Shown: one piece after another, positions 52,056 to 60,190 of the stretch | Position numbering within the stretch: position 1 is the first letter of the stretch | How the letters are laid out: each line of letters opens with the position of its first letter | Source: Caldilineales bacterium | GTDB lineage: Bacteria > Chloroflexota > Anaerolineae > J102 | Direction: 5' to 3' | Assembly (NCBI GenBank): GCA_037443945.1 | Contig: JBBINH010000015.1 | Span: forward strand, 4,475 to 68,474 | Length of the DNA: 64,000 bases | Notes under the pieces: generated by a model | What the model was told of the DNA's origin: nothing | The model's input: the letters and a program-made list of their open reading frames with translations, nothing else | The model's database searches: none | Translations under genes and position numbers: made by a program

Positions 52056-52559
52056 TTACGGCCCGGGCATTCCCTCCACAGGGCCGAACAACGGCGGCAA
52101 ATAGGGCGAGCGTTCGCCCCCAACGGGCACGTCGAGCACGACCGCCGGTGTCGGGACCGCTACCGGCGTGGGCAGCTTATCCGGCATTGCCGCCCGCCAA
52201 CGCCAGCCGACTACTCCCAGTCCCAACAGCACCGCTGCCAGCAGAAACGTCAACACCCGACGTCCCTGGGGTCGCCGCCACCACAGAACCGGCAGATCGG
52301 GCACAACGACCGGCGACGGGGGCGGCGGCGTCGGCACTCCGGTGGCGTAGGTGGGCAAGGGACGGTGTTGTTGCCGTCGAAACCGCGGGCATTCGCCGTG
52401 GCGACCTCCCAGACAATAGCGGGCTTGCTGGGCTCGGGGCAAATGGATGGCCGGAATGACGACGCAGTGATTGTCCCAGCTCGGCTGCAGCACAGGTAGC
52501 CCCTGGACTCGCCCGCGCAGGTAAGGGCAAACCCGGTCGGCAGGTACACCCTCAGGCAT
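52056..52559 (-). CDS. Cys-rich, proline-rich single-pass membrane protein (possible zinc-finger/anti-sigma-like)
   Basis: Internal ATG at 52559 lies 4-7 nt from the plsC stop. N-terminal 'CPYLRG...HCVVIP...CLGGRHGECPRF', PPPPSP linker, one TM ('VLTFLLAAVLLGLGVVGW'). Confidence 0.4.
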   Translation of the reverse strand: MPEGVPADRVCPYLRGRVQGLPVLQPSWDNHCVVIPAIHLPRAQQARYCLGGRHGECPRFRRQQHRPLPTYATGVPTPPPPSPVVVPDLPVLWWRRPQGRRVLTFLLAAVLLGLGVVGWRWRAAMPDKLPTPVAVPTPAVVLDVPVGGERSPYLPPLFGPVEGMPGP

Positions 52560-53205
52560 AGGGACCACGGCGGTCGGGTGGCAGCAAGGCCGCAATGCGA
52601 CGCATGATATGCTCGGTGTACGGCTCCAGGTCGCGACTGCGTGCCTGCCCGGCCTCAGGCGGAAGACGGAACGGCTCGCCCACACGTATGTGCACCAACG
52701 GCCGCCGGAGTCGTTTCCAATCGGCGGTGATCTGCTCGTGTCCCCAGATGGCAATAGGCACGATAAGCGCATCCGTGCGGGCGGCCAGCCAGGCGGCTCC
52801 GTCCCGTCCCTTGCTGAGAATGCCGGTGTAGGAGCGGGTCCCCTCCGGCGCTACCCCCAGGACCTTGCCCGCTCGCAGGGCTTCGACCGCGGCCTGGAGG
52901 GCCTGACGGTCGACTTCGCCGCGCCGGACGAAAATGGCATTCCCCAGGTAGCGCATGAGCGGCCCGACCAGGGGATGGTGCTCCCATTTCTCGGCGGCAA
53001 AGGTTACGACCGGTGCTTTGGTGTAGGCAAAAATGGGCACGACATCGAACCAGACCACGTGGTTGGGTGCCAGGATGGCCGGCCCGGTAGCCGGAAGATG
53101 TTCCAGACCGGCGACATCAAGGCGGGTCAGCAGGTGCATCAGCAGGCGGACGATGGCCTGGCCCAGGCGATAATACCAGGGCCGGGAAAACGCAACGGTT
53201 TTCAT
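52552..53205 (-). CDS. plsC: 1-acyl-sn-glycerol-3-phosphate acyltransferase (lysophospholipid acyltransferase family)
   Basis: 'PNHVVWFDV' (HxxxxD) and 'APEGTRS' acyltransferase motifs. Confidence 0.8.
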   Translation of the reverse strand: MKTVAFSRPWYYRLGQAIVRLLMHLLTRLDVAGLEHLPATGPAILAPNHVVWFDVVPIFAYTKAPVVTFAAEKWEHHPLVGPLMRYLGNAIFVRRGEVDRQALQAAVEALRAGKVLGVAPEGTRSYTGILSKGRDGAAWLAARTDALIVPIAIWGHEQITADWKRLRRPLVHIRVGEPFRLPPEAGQARSRDLEPYTEHIMRRIAALLPPDRRGPYA

Positions 53206-54203
53206 GGTGTGGGCGTAGGAGTGGGCAAACGGCGACCCCAGGCCTTCACCCGAACCTGGGTTACGGGGCCGCCCAGAGGAATCGCGACAACCTGAAAGGG
53301 TGTTTCGCCACCGGGGGCAATGCGATTGTGTTCGGGTTCGGCTACCACAAAGCCGATAACCTGTCCCAAAGCATCGTAGAGAGTGACCACCAGGCGCACT
53401 TCGACGGCGGTTTCCGGACCCGTATTGCGAATGCGTCCTTCCACCCGGTAGAGCGCATAGCGTTCGCCCTCCCAGGTCACGTCGGTGGCCAGCAGATCGA
53501 GGTAATAACGGCCGAGATGGGCCGGAAACGCGCTTTGCGTTTCCATCATATAACCGCTAAACCGCTGCGGTGGTCGGGCGAAGTAGACCCCGAAAGGACT
53601 CGTTTCACCCGGCAAAATGACATCGCCGACGGCCATGGTCTCGTCCTCGGCCAACACCTGACCATCCTCCCCTCGCAGCCGTGTGCGCAGGCGCACCCCT
53701 TCCAACGGCTGTGCTCCGGGATTGCTCACCTCACCCAGGAGCCAGAGGCCGCCGTTGGGGCTATAACCGAAATAGACAGGACCGATATCCACCGGCAAGG
53801 GCGTGGACACAGGTGTAGGCAAGCTTTCGCCACTCGCAGCCGGCACAGGCGGCGGAGGGATAAAAATCTGCTGGCCCACCTGCAACCGCCGCGGGTCGGT
53901 GATGCCGTTCAGCTCCTGAATGGCCGCTGCACTGACACCGTAACGGGCGGCAATGGCGATGAGGGTCTCGCCACGGGCAATGGTGTGGATAATCGGGGTG
54001 GGTGTCGGGGTGGGTGTCGCCGTCGGTGCGGGCGTATAAGGAACCGGTGTTGCGGTCGGCGGCAGGGTTGGCATGGGCGAGGGGGTAGGGGTCATTGTAG
54101 GTGGTATCGGGGTGGGCGTAGGTCGGGTGATCAGTTGCCCACAGGCCGTGAGAAAAAACGCCGCCAGCAGGGCCATCGATCGGCACAGGAGATCATGCTG
54201 CAT
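53202..54203 (-). CDS. LysM domain-containing lipoprotein
   Basis: Lipobox 'LTACG', PT-rich linker, LysM 'HTIARGETLIAIAARYGVSAAAIQELNGI'. Overlaps the plsC start by 4 nt. Confidence 0.75.
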   Translation of the reverse strand: MQHDLLCRSMALLAAFFLTACGQLITRPTPTPIPPTMTPTPSPMPTLPPTATPVPYTPAPTATPTPTPTPIIHTIARGETLIAIAARYGVSAAAIQELNGITDPRRLQVGQQIFIPPPPVPAASGESLPTPVSTPLPVDIGPVYFGYSPNGGLWLLGEVSNPGAQPLEGVRLRTRLRGEDGQVLAEDETMAVGDVILPGETSPFGVYFARPPQRFSGYMMETQSAFPAHLGRYYLDLLATDVTWEGERYALYRVEGRIRNTGPETAVEVRLVVTLYDALGQVIGFVVAEPEHNRIAPGGETPFQVVAIPLGGPVTQVRVKAWGRRLPTPTPTP

Positions 54204-54291
54204 GGTTGCGATTATAAAAGCTCGGCATGCGCAATGGGTAATCGGCCCGTGATGGCAGCAAAACAACAGGCTGTGCTAAAATCAAAGGCTG

Positions 54292-55350
54292 ATGAGAGCG
54301 CTCCCTGCCCTTTATCCTCTGCGTTTGGAACGTCGGCTTGACCATCGCTTGTGGGGTGGCTCGCGGCTGGCCGCCTGGTTGCATCTGCCCCCGCCGTGGC
54401 CGAACGATCTGGCCGAGTCCTGGCAGGTGTATGCCGAGAATCGGGTTCTGAACGGGCCTCTGGCCGGTCACACGCTGGCCGAGCTCTGCCACGAGTATGG
54501 CCCTGCCCTGCTCGGCACCCTCAGCGTGCAACGCTACGGCGACGATTTTCCTCTCCTGGCCAAATTCATCGATGCCAACGACCGGCTTTCCATCCAGGTC
54601 CATCCCGACGACGAGTACGCGCATACGATGGAAGCGCATACCGGCTTTCACGGCAAGACCGAGGCCTGGTACATTATCGCCGCCGAGCCGGGGGCCAGTG
54701 TGGTGTATGGCCTGCGTCGGGCTACCGACCCGACTGTGTTCCGTGAAGCGGTTGCGAAGGAGCGTCTGGAGGAGCTGCTCAACATCGTGCCCGTCCGGGC
54801 CGGCGATGTCATTTTCGTCCCGGCCGGTACTCTCCACGCCATCAACGCCGGCATCCTCCTCTTCGAGATCCAGCAGAAATCGGATCTCACCTATCGCGTT
54901 TACGACTACGGTCGTCGGGATGGGCAGGGTCGTCTCCGCGAACTTCACCTCGATAAAGCCATGGCCGTCCTCGATTTCGAAGCGGCCGGTCCGGCCCATG
55001 TGTCGCCGCTGCCGCTGGCGCCGGGGCATGAATTGCTGGTGGCCTGTCCTTATTTTGCCCTGGAGCGCCTACGTGGAGGGAACCATCAACTGGAGGTAGG
55101 GCCGACCAGTTTTGAGATCCATACCCTCATTGCCGGACAGGCCATCGTCGCCGGCGAAGTCCTAACGCCGGGCGAGTCCTTGCTTCTTCCGGCGCAATGG
55201 GGAACGTATTCCCTCGACCTTTCCGCCGATGCCGTTTTGCTACGCGTTTACGTGCCCGATCTAAGCGGTCGGGTATGGCAACATCTACAAGCCCTTGGCT
55301 ATCCTGAGTCCCGTTTGATGGCTACAGTGCGCTTCCATCCCAGAAATTGA
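54292..55350 (+). CDS. manA: Type I phosphomannose isomerase (cupin)
   Basis: 'LWGGSRLAAW', 'QVHPDDEYAH' and 'KTEAWYII' are PMI class I zinc-ligand motifs. Confidence 0.8.
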   Translation: MRALPALYPLRLERRLDHRLWGGSRLAAWLHLPPPWPNDLAESWQVYAENRVLNGPLAGHTLAELCHEYGPALLGTLSVQRYGDDFPLLAKFIDANDRLSIQVHPDDEYAHTMEAHTGFHGKTEAWYIIAAEPGASVVYGLRRATDPTVFREAVAKERLEELLNIVPVRAGDVIFVPAGTLHAINAGILLFEIQQKSDLTYRVYDYGRRDGQGRLRELHLDKAMAVLDFEAAGPAHVSPLPLAPGHELLVACPYFALERLRGGNHQLEVGPTSFEIHTLIAGQAIVAGEVLTPGESLLLPAQWGTYSLDLSADAVLLRVYVPDLSGRVWQHLQALGYPESRLMATVRFHPRN

Positions 55351-55970
55351 TGTTTGCTCCTTTACCCCCTGGTATGGAGGAGCTCGCATCCCCTATGGCC
55401 GAGAAGCTACGCATTTTCGTCAGCGCTACTGCCGATCTGGAGGCCGAACGCGGGATCATTGCCCGCACGCTGGCCGACCTGCCCCTGCGGGTAGGGGCGG
55501 AGATCCGTCGCTGCCCGCCGGAGGGGGTCTCTTACGAAACGCTTTTCGAGCTGATCAGCAATGTGGACCGGGTCTACTTTCTGCTGGGGCAGGACATTAC
55601 GGCCCCGGCCGGAGCCGAATGGGACCTGGCCATTGAACTGGAACGGCCCATTCTGGCCTTACGGGCGGCCCGACGCCTGACCCCCGCCGCCCAGCAGTTC
55701 CTACGCCTGGCCTTTCATCAGGTGACCCCGACCGCATGGAAAATCTTCCACTCCGATGCGGAACTGGCCCGCTTCGTCACCCTCGATCTGATCGATATCT
55801 TCCTCCATCCCGCCAATCGCTACGGTCTCTCGGTCGAAGAAGTCGTCGAGCTTGAACAATACCGCCGCCGCCTGTTGACACCGACGACCGTAACAACCGC
55901 CGCAGGCGGGCCGACCGACGCGGCCATCATCCTGGAACAACGCCCTCCCTCAGAGGACGGCCAGGAGTGA
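55350..55970 (+). CDS. DUF4062-like (TIR/nucleoside-deoxyribosyltransferase-like fold) protein
   Basis: 'KLRIFVSATADLEAERGIIARTLADL...VDRVYFLLG' resembles the DUF4062 N-terminal consensus. Start overlaps the manA stop (TGATG). An alternative start is 55395. Confidence 0.45.
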   Translation: MFAPLPPGMEELASPMAEKLRIFVSATADLEAERGIIARTLADLPLRVGAEIRRCPPEGVSYETLFELISNVDRVYFLLGQDITAPAGAEWDLAIELERPILALRAARRLTPAAQQFLRLAFHQVTPTAWKIFHSDAELARFVTLDLIDIFLHPANRYGLSVEEVVELEQYRRRLLTPTTVTTAAGGPTDAAIILEQRPPSEDGQE

Positions 55971-55994
55971 GCCCGAAGGCGACATGGTCGATTC

Positions 55995-58199
55995 ATGACC
56001 CGTCTCAACCCCGACATCCCCAATCCCGAACTCACTCAGGCCCTCGATCAGGCGGCCGACGCCATGCGGGACGCCGGCCACAGCGTGCTCACGCCCGAAT
56101 GGCTTCTGCTTATCCTGGCCCGTAGCGAGAGCACGGATGCCGGCCGTTTGCTGCGCCATCTGGCCCAGGAACGCGGCTTTTCCCTGACCGCCTTTGTCGA
56201 GACGGCCGCGCAGATGGCCCGTCTGCGCCAAGGCCGCGATGGCAAGCTCCGTTTCCTCACGGCCGGCGGTGTCGAGATCGCCCTTTCCGATGAGCTGATC
56301 ATCGTCCTCGACGAAGGCCGCGGCATCGCCCGCGCCCTGGATGAAGTTCAGGTCGGCACGCATCATGTCCTGGCGGCCATGGCGGAGCGAGGCGTGAGCA
56401 CCAGCGCCTTCTTGCAGAGTCACGGCATCACTCCAGAAGTCATGACCGACCGCCTTATGGCGGCGGCGGCAGTCCGCAAGCAAACGACCGGTGACCTGGT
56501 GGGGCAGGCCCAGGCCGGCGAGCTGCGGCCGGTGTATTATCGGCAGACCCTGCTGCGCGATCTGAGCACCCTGCTGGCCCTGGTCGGCCCGCGGCATGTG
56601 CTTCTGGTCGGTCCGCCGGGGGTGGGCAAGCGTGCGCTGGTGCAGGCGCTGGCCTTGCTCATGGCCGAGGGTAAAGGCCCCACCGGCCTGAAAGCCCTCA
56701 TCACCGTCAGTGAGTCGGCCCTGCTGACCGATGCGGCCCAGGCCCTGGAGGCCGCCTTGCGCCAGGCCCGTGGGGGCATTCTGTTCCTGCCGAACATCCA
56801 ACGCTTTTGCGGAGGGCCGCTCGATGCCGTGTTTCCCAAGGCCGAGCGCGCCCTGCAAAAAGCCTTTCTGGCCCGCGACCCGGTCCTCATCGGCAGTCTC
56901 AGCCCTCAGGACTATGAGCACTTCATCGCCAAAACGCCGGCCATCCGCGAAAACAGCCATCGCCTGGATGTGCCCGAACCGACCCCGGAGGAGACGGCGG
57001 CCATCCTCGCCGTCCATCGGCCCCATCTCGAAGCCGAATACGGGCTGAGCATTGACCCTGACGCCATGCCCACGGTAGCCCGGCTGGCCCGTCGCTATCT
57101 CACGGCCACGCCCCTACCGGCGTCGGCTTTGCAATTGCTCCATCGCGCCTGCGCGCTGGTCGTGGCCAGTCAGCAAGCGCAAAATCCGTTCCGACCGCCC
57201 CAGGCCGGTGACGGTCAGCGGGTCGACGGCGAGGACGTGGCTCTGGCCCTCAGCCTGATGACCGGTATCCCCGTGACGCGACTGGGCGTGGATGAACGTG
57301 CCCGCTATGCCACCATGGTCGCAGCCATCCGTCGGCGCATTGTCGGTCAGGACGAGGCCGTGCTGGCCGTGACACGGGCCATCAAGACGGCACGGGTGGG
57401 CTTGAAGGACCCGAAACGGCCGATCGGCTCCTTCCTTTTCCTGGGGCCTACCGGGGTCGGGAAGACCGAGCTGGCGAAGGCGCTGGCCGAGTTCATGTTC
57501 GGTGACGAGTCGGCGCTGTTTGCCCTCGACATGAGCGAGTATCAGCAGGAGCACAGCGTGGCCCGCTTGATCGGCGCGCCGCCGGGCTATGTGGGCTACG
57601 AGAGCGGCGGGCAACTCACGGACCATGTGCGACGACAGCCCTATACCGTTATCCTGTTCGACGAGGTGGAGAAAGCCCATCCGCGCGTGCTCGATGTCCT
57701 CCTCCAGGTCATGGAGGAAGGCCGGCTGACCGACGGCCGGGGACGCACCGCTTTCTTCCACGAAGCCGTCCTGATCCTGACCAGCAATCTCGGGTCGGAG
57801 TATCTGACCGAACCCGTCGTTGGCGAACGGCAACGGGAATTGGTGATGGCGGCCGTGCGGAGCTTCTTTCGGCCTGAATTCCTCAACCGCCTGGATGAAA
57901 TCGTCCTTTTCCGTGCGCTTTCCCCCGACGAATTGGCCCGCATCCTCGATTTGCTCCTGGAGAAGGAAGCCCAGCTGTTGGCCCTCCGCCAACTCCGCCT
58001 GGAAGTGGACCAAGCGGCTCGGACCTGGCTGCTGGCGCAGAATACGCAGCCCGAATGGGGTGCACGGCCTCTGCGCCGCATCCTGCAGAAGCACCTGCGC
58101 GAACCCCTGGCCGATTACCTGCTGGCCCACGATCCGGCGCCGGGCACCGTGGTGCGGATGCATCTGCAGAACGGGCATCCGGTCTTCGACATGGCCTGA
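55995..58199 (+). CDS. Clp/Hsp100-family AAA+ ATPase with Clp-N repeats (ClpC-like, degenerate first AAA domain)
   Basis: Clp_N repeats are present. D1 has 'GPPGVGKRA' and no DE Walker B. D2 is intact ('GPTGVGKTELAKALA', 'ILFDEVEKAHP', sensor 'TSNLGS'). Confidence 0.85.
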   Translation: MTRLNPDIPNPELTQALDQAADAMRDAGHSVLTPEWLLLILARSESTDAGRLLRHLAQERGFSLTAFVETAAQMARLRQGRDGKLRFLTAGGVEIALSDELIIVLDEGRGIARALDEVQVGTHHVLAAMAERGVSTSAFLQSHGITPEVMTDRLMAAAAVRKQTTGDLVGQAQAGELRPVYYRQTLLRDLSTLLALVGPRHVLLVGPPGVGKRALVQALALLMAEGKGPTGLKALITVSESALLTDAAQALEAALRQARGGILFLPNIQRFCGGPLDAVFPKAERALQKAFLARDPVLIGSLSPQDYEHFIAKTPAIRENSHRLDVPEPTPEETAAILAVHRPHLEAEYGLSIDPDAMPTVARLARRYLTATPLPASALQLLHRACALVVASQQAQNPFRPPQAGDGQRVDGEDVALALSLMTGIPVTRLGVDERARYATMVAAIRRRIVGQDEAVLAVTRAIKTARVGLKDPKRPIGSFLFLGPTGVGKTELAKALAEFMFGDESALFALDMSEYQQEHSVARLIGAPPGYVGYESGGQLTDHVRRQPYTVILFDEVEKAHPRVLDVLLQVMEEGRLTDGRGRTAFFHEAVLILTSNLGSEYLTEPVVGERQRELVMAAVRSFFRPEFLNRLDEIVLFRALSPDELARILDLLLEKEAQLLALRQLRLEVDQAARTWLLAQNTQPEWGARPLRRILQKHLREPLADYLLAHDPAPGTVVRMHLQNGHPVFDMA

Positions 58200-58202
58200 G
58201 GC

Positions 58203-59120
58203 TCAGGCTGCCCGCCGCCGTGAAGGAACCTCTTTCACCAAGGCCACCTCATCCATCGTCAGCGGTGGGTCGAGCTCCTCCTCGGCATTCGTATCGGCAT
58301 TGTCGGCACGTTTAGGGACCTTTGGCGACCTGTTGACATCCGAGTTCAAGCCAAGCTCGATCTCGGATTGGCCGTTGGGCGTGAGGCGGGTATTGATCTC
58401 CAAAGCGCCTGAGGGGGTGGGAATTTGCAGGGGCGGTGGCTGCAGACCTTCGACGACGGCCATCAGGTGGGTCTGCAGATGGGGCGGGTAATCGCGGATA
58501 AGCCGCAGGATTTGCTCCCATTTGCCGGTCAGACGCTGTATATGCACCCGGTCGGCGCGGGCGCGGTCAAACGCTTCGATCAGGGTCGGCGGTAGCGAAT
58601 CGAGGACCATCCAGCAGGGTTCCGCTTCATTGAGCACATAACCGAAGCGGGCCAGAACCCTCCCCAGATGACGGCGGATGTTGAGCATGAGGGCCTCGTT
58701 CTGCCGGGTCATCGTGAGGATATGGGACAACTGGGTGTAGAAATCGGCATCGGCGGGCACCGGATGGCGTCGCTCGTATTCCCTGACCATCTGGATGACC
58801 AGATGCTGAACGGCATCGTCCAGTTTGTCCTTCCGATCCTGCTCATTCCAGGAGGCCAGCTCGGCCAGACGGGCGAAATCCTGCCCTGCTGTGCGACGCA
58901 GGTCAAGGCTGGCATGAAAAGACAACCGCAGGGTGACAGGCACCCCACTTCCGGCAAAGGTTCGGATCAACACAATGAGCCTTGTCTGCCGCACATCGAG
59001 GATGGCGTGACATTCGTCCACGTGCGGCCATAGCCAGATCAGTCCCGGACCGGCGATGCGATGGAAGCGGCCCAGACGATAGATAACCGCTTCGTATCCT
59101 TCTTCCACTTTCAAGAACAT
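58203..59120 (-). CDS. SPFH/band-7 domain protein (soluble, no TM anchor)
   Basis: 'VEEGYEAVIYRLGRFHRIAGPGLIWLWPHVDECHAILDVRQTRL' fits the SPFH N-terminal consensus. Confidence 0.65.
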   Translation of the reverse strand: MFLKVEEGYEAVIYRLGRFHRIAGPGLIWLWPHVDECHAILDVRQTRLIVLIRTFAGSGVPVTLRLSFHASLDLRRTAGQDFARLAELASWNEQDRKDKLDDAVQHLVIQMVREYERRHPVPADADFYTQLSHILTMTRQNEALMLNIRRHLGRVLARFGYVLNEAEPCWMVLDSLPPTLIEAFDRARADRVHIQRLTGKWEQILRLIRDYPPHLQTHLMAVVEGLQPPPLQIPTPSGALEINTRLTPNGQSEIELGLNSDVNRSPKVPKRADNADTNAEEELDPPLTMDEVALVKEVPSRRRAA

Positions 59121-59124
59121 AGTG

Positions 59125-60120
59125 CTACAAATCCGAAAATTTTAGATAGTTTTCGAACAAAAGACTAAAAATCCGATCATTAGGCTCGAGTAAAAGACCG
59201 CGTCGACGTAGCAGAAAGAGCGCGGGGGCATCGCCGGTGCCGGGCGTTTGGCCGTGGGTCAACATCCAGAGTACCTGTTGTTCATGCCGATGGAGGGAGC
59301 GGAAGATGCGCTCACAGGCTTCGCGAATGGCCGGCTGAGCCAGGAGATCGCCGGTGGGGTTCCGAGAGGAAGGGGGATCGATCAGGTATTGCTCATGGAC
59401 CAACCTGAGCAACCTGGCATGCCCGCCGGCCAATTGGTAGATGAAACGCAGCGTGGAATTCGCCAGTGGCTGCGCCGCCTGAGCGTTGAGAAATTGCAAC
59501 ATGTGCCAGGCATCGGCCCGGTTATAAAGGCGCAGAACGAAGATGTGGGAGACAAACAACCGGTAAAATTTGCTCTCCTCGGTGAGCCGAATCGTGCGGC
59601 CCAGGCGATGGGGCAACCGATTGACAAACAGCATAAAAGCAAGGGCATCACGGTTTTCGTCCCGCAGGGTGCGGAGCTGCTCCAACAAGGCCAGCGGACC
59701 GCGGCGCAGGAGTTTATCGGCATCGTCGAAAACGAGAAGAAGCCGTTGATCGGGTTGGTGGCAAAAGGCGTTGGCCAGTTGACGGGTGATGAGATTATCG
59801 CGCGCGACCGGATCGCTGCTCAGGGGAATCACGTTACTCGGCGATAAGACCTTCTCCGTCTCACGACGCAGCAGGTGCCAAAAGTCCACCTGACCTCCGT
59901 TCCAATCATTGCAATCCACAAGCACCGTTTTCAGGACGATGGCCGTGCCATCGGGCGCAGACACACGACCATAATGTCGCATCAGACAATTGACCAGATT
60001 CGATTTACCGCTACCGGGAATACCGATAAAAACACAGGAAAGACCCCGCCGCGCATAATCGGTGATCAAGGCCAATTCATCCCGGCGATAATGGGGGGAA
60101 AAACGGGGAAAGGAGGACAT
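59125..60120 (-). CDS. P-loop NTPase (AAA/STAND-like)
   Basis: Walker A 'GIPGSGKSNL' and Walker B 'LLLVFDDADKL'. 331 aa. Lies 4 nt upstream of the SPFH gene. Confidence 0.7.
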   Translation of the reverse strand: MSSFPRFSPHYRRDELALITDYARRGLSCVFIGIPGSGKSNLVNCLMRHYGRVSAPDGTAIVLKTVLVDCNDWNGGQVDFWHLLRRETEKVLSPSNVIPLSSDPVARDNLITRQLANAFCHQPDQRLLLVFDDADKLLRRGPLALLEQLRTLRDENRDALAFMLFVNRLPHRLGRTIRLTEESKFYRLFVSHIFVLRLYNRADAWHMLQFLNAQAAQPLANSTLRFIYQLAGGHARLLRLVHEQYLIDPPSSRNPTGDLLAQPAIREACERIFRSLHRHEQQVLWMLTHGQTPGTGDAPALFLLRRRGLLLEPNDRIFSLLFENYLKFSDL

Positions 60121-60190
60121 AGGAAGTCCTCATCGTATCCGAGGGCTAAAAAACCGGCGTCAAAAAGTATAGACCGACTTTTTTCTGCCA

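Noticed and set aside
52056-52772. Full 238-aa ORF including the 5' 71 codons
   Set aside because: The 5' portion overlaps plsC in another frame. An internal ATG positioned 4-7 nt from the plsC stop gives a tidy coupled gene instead.
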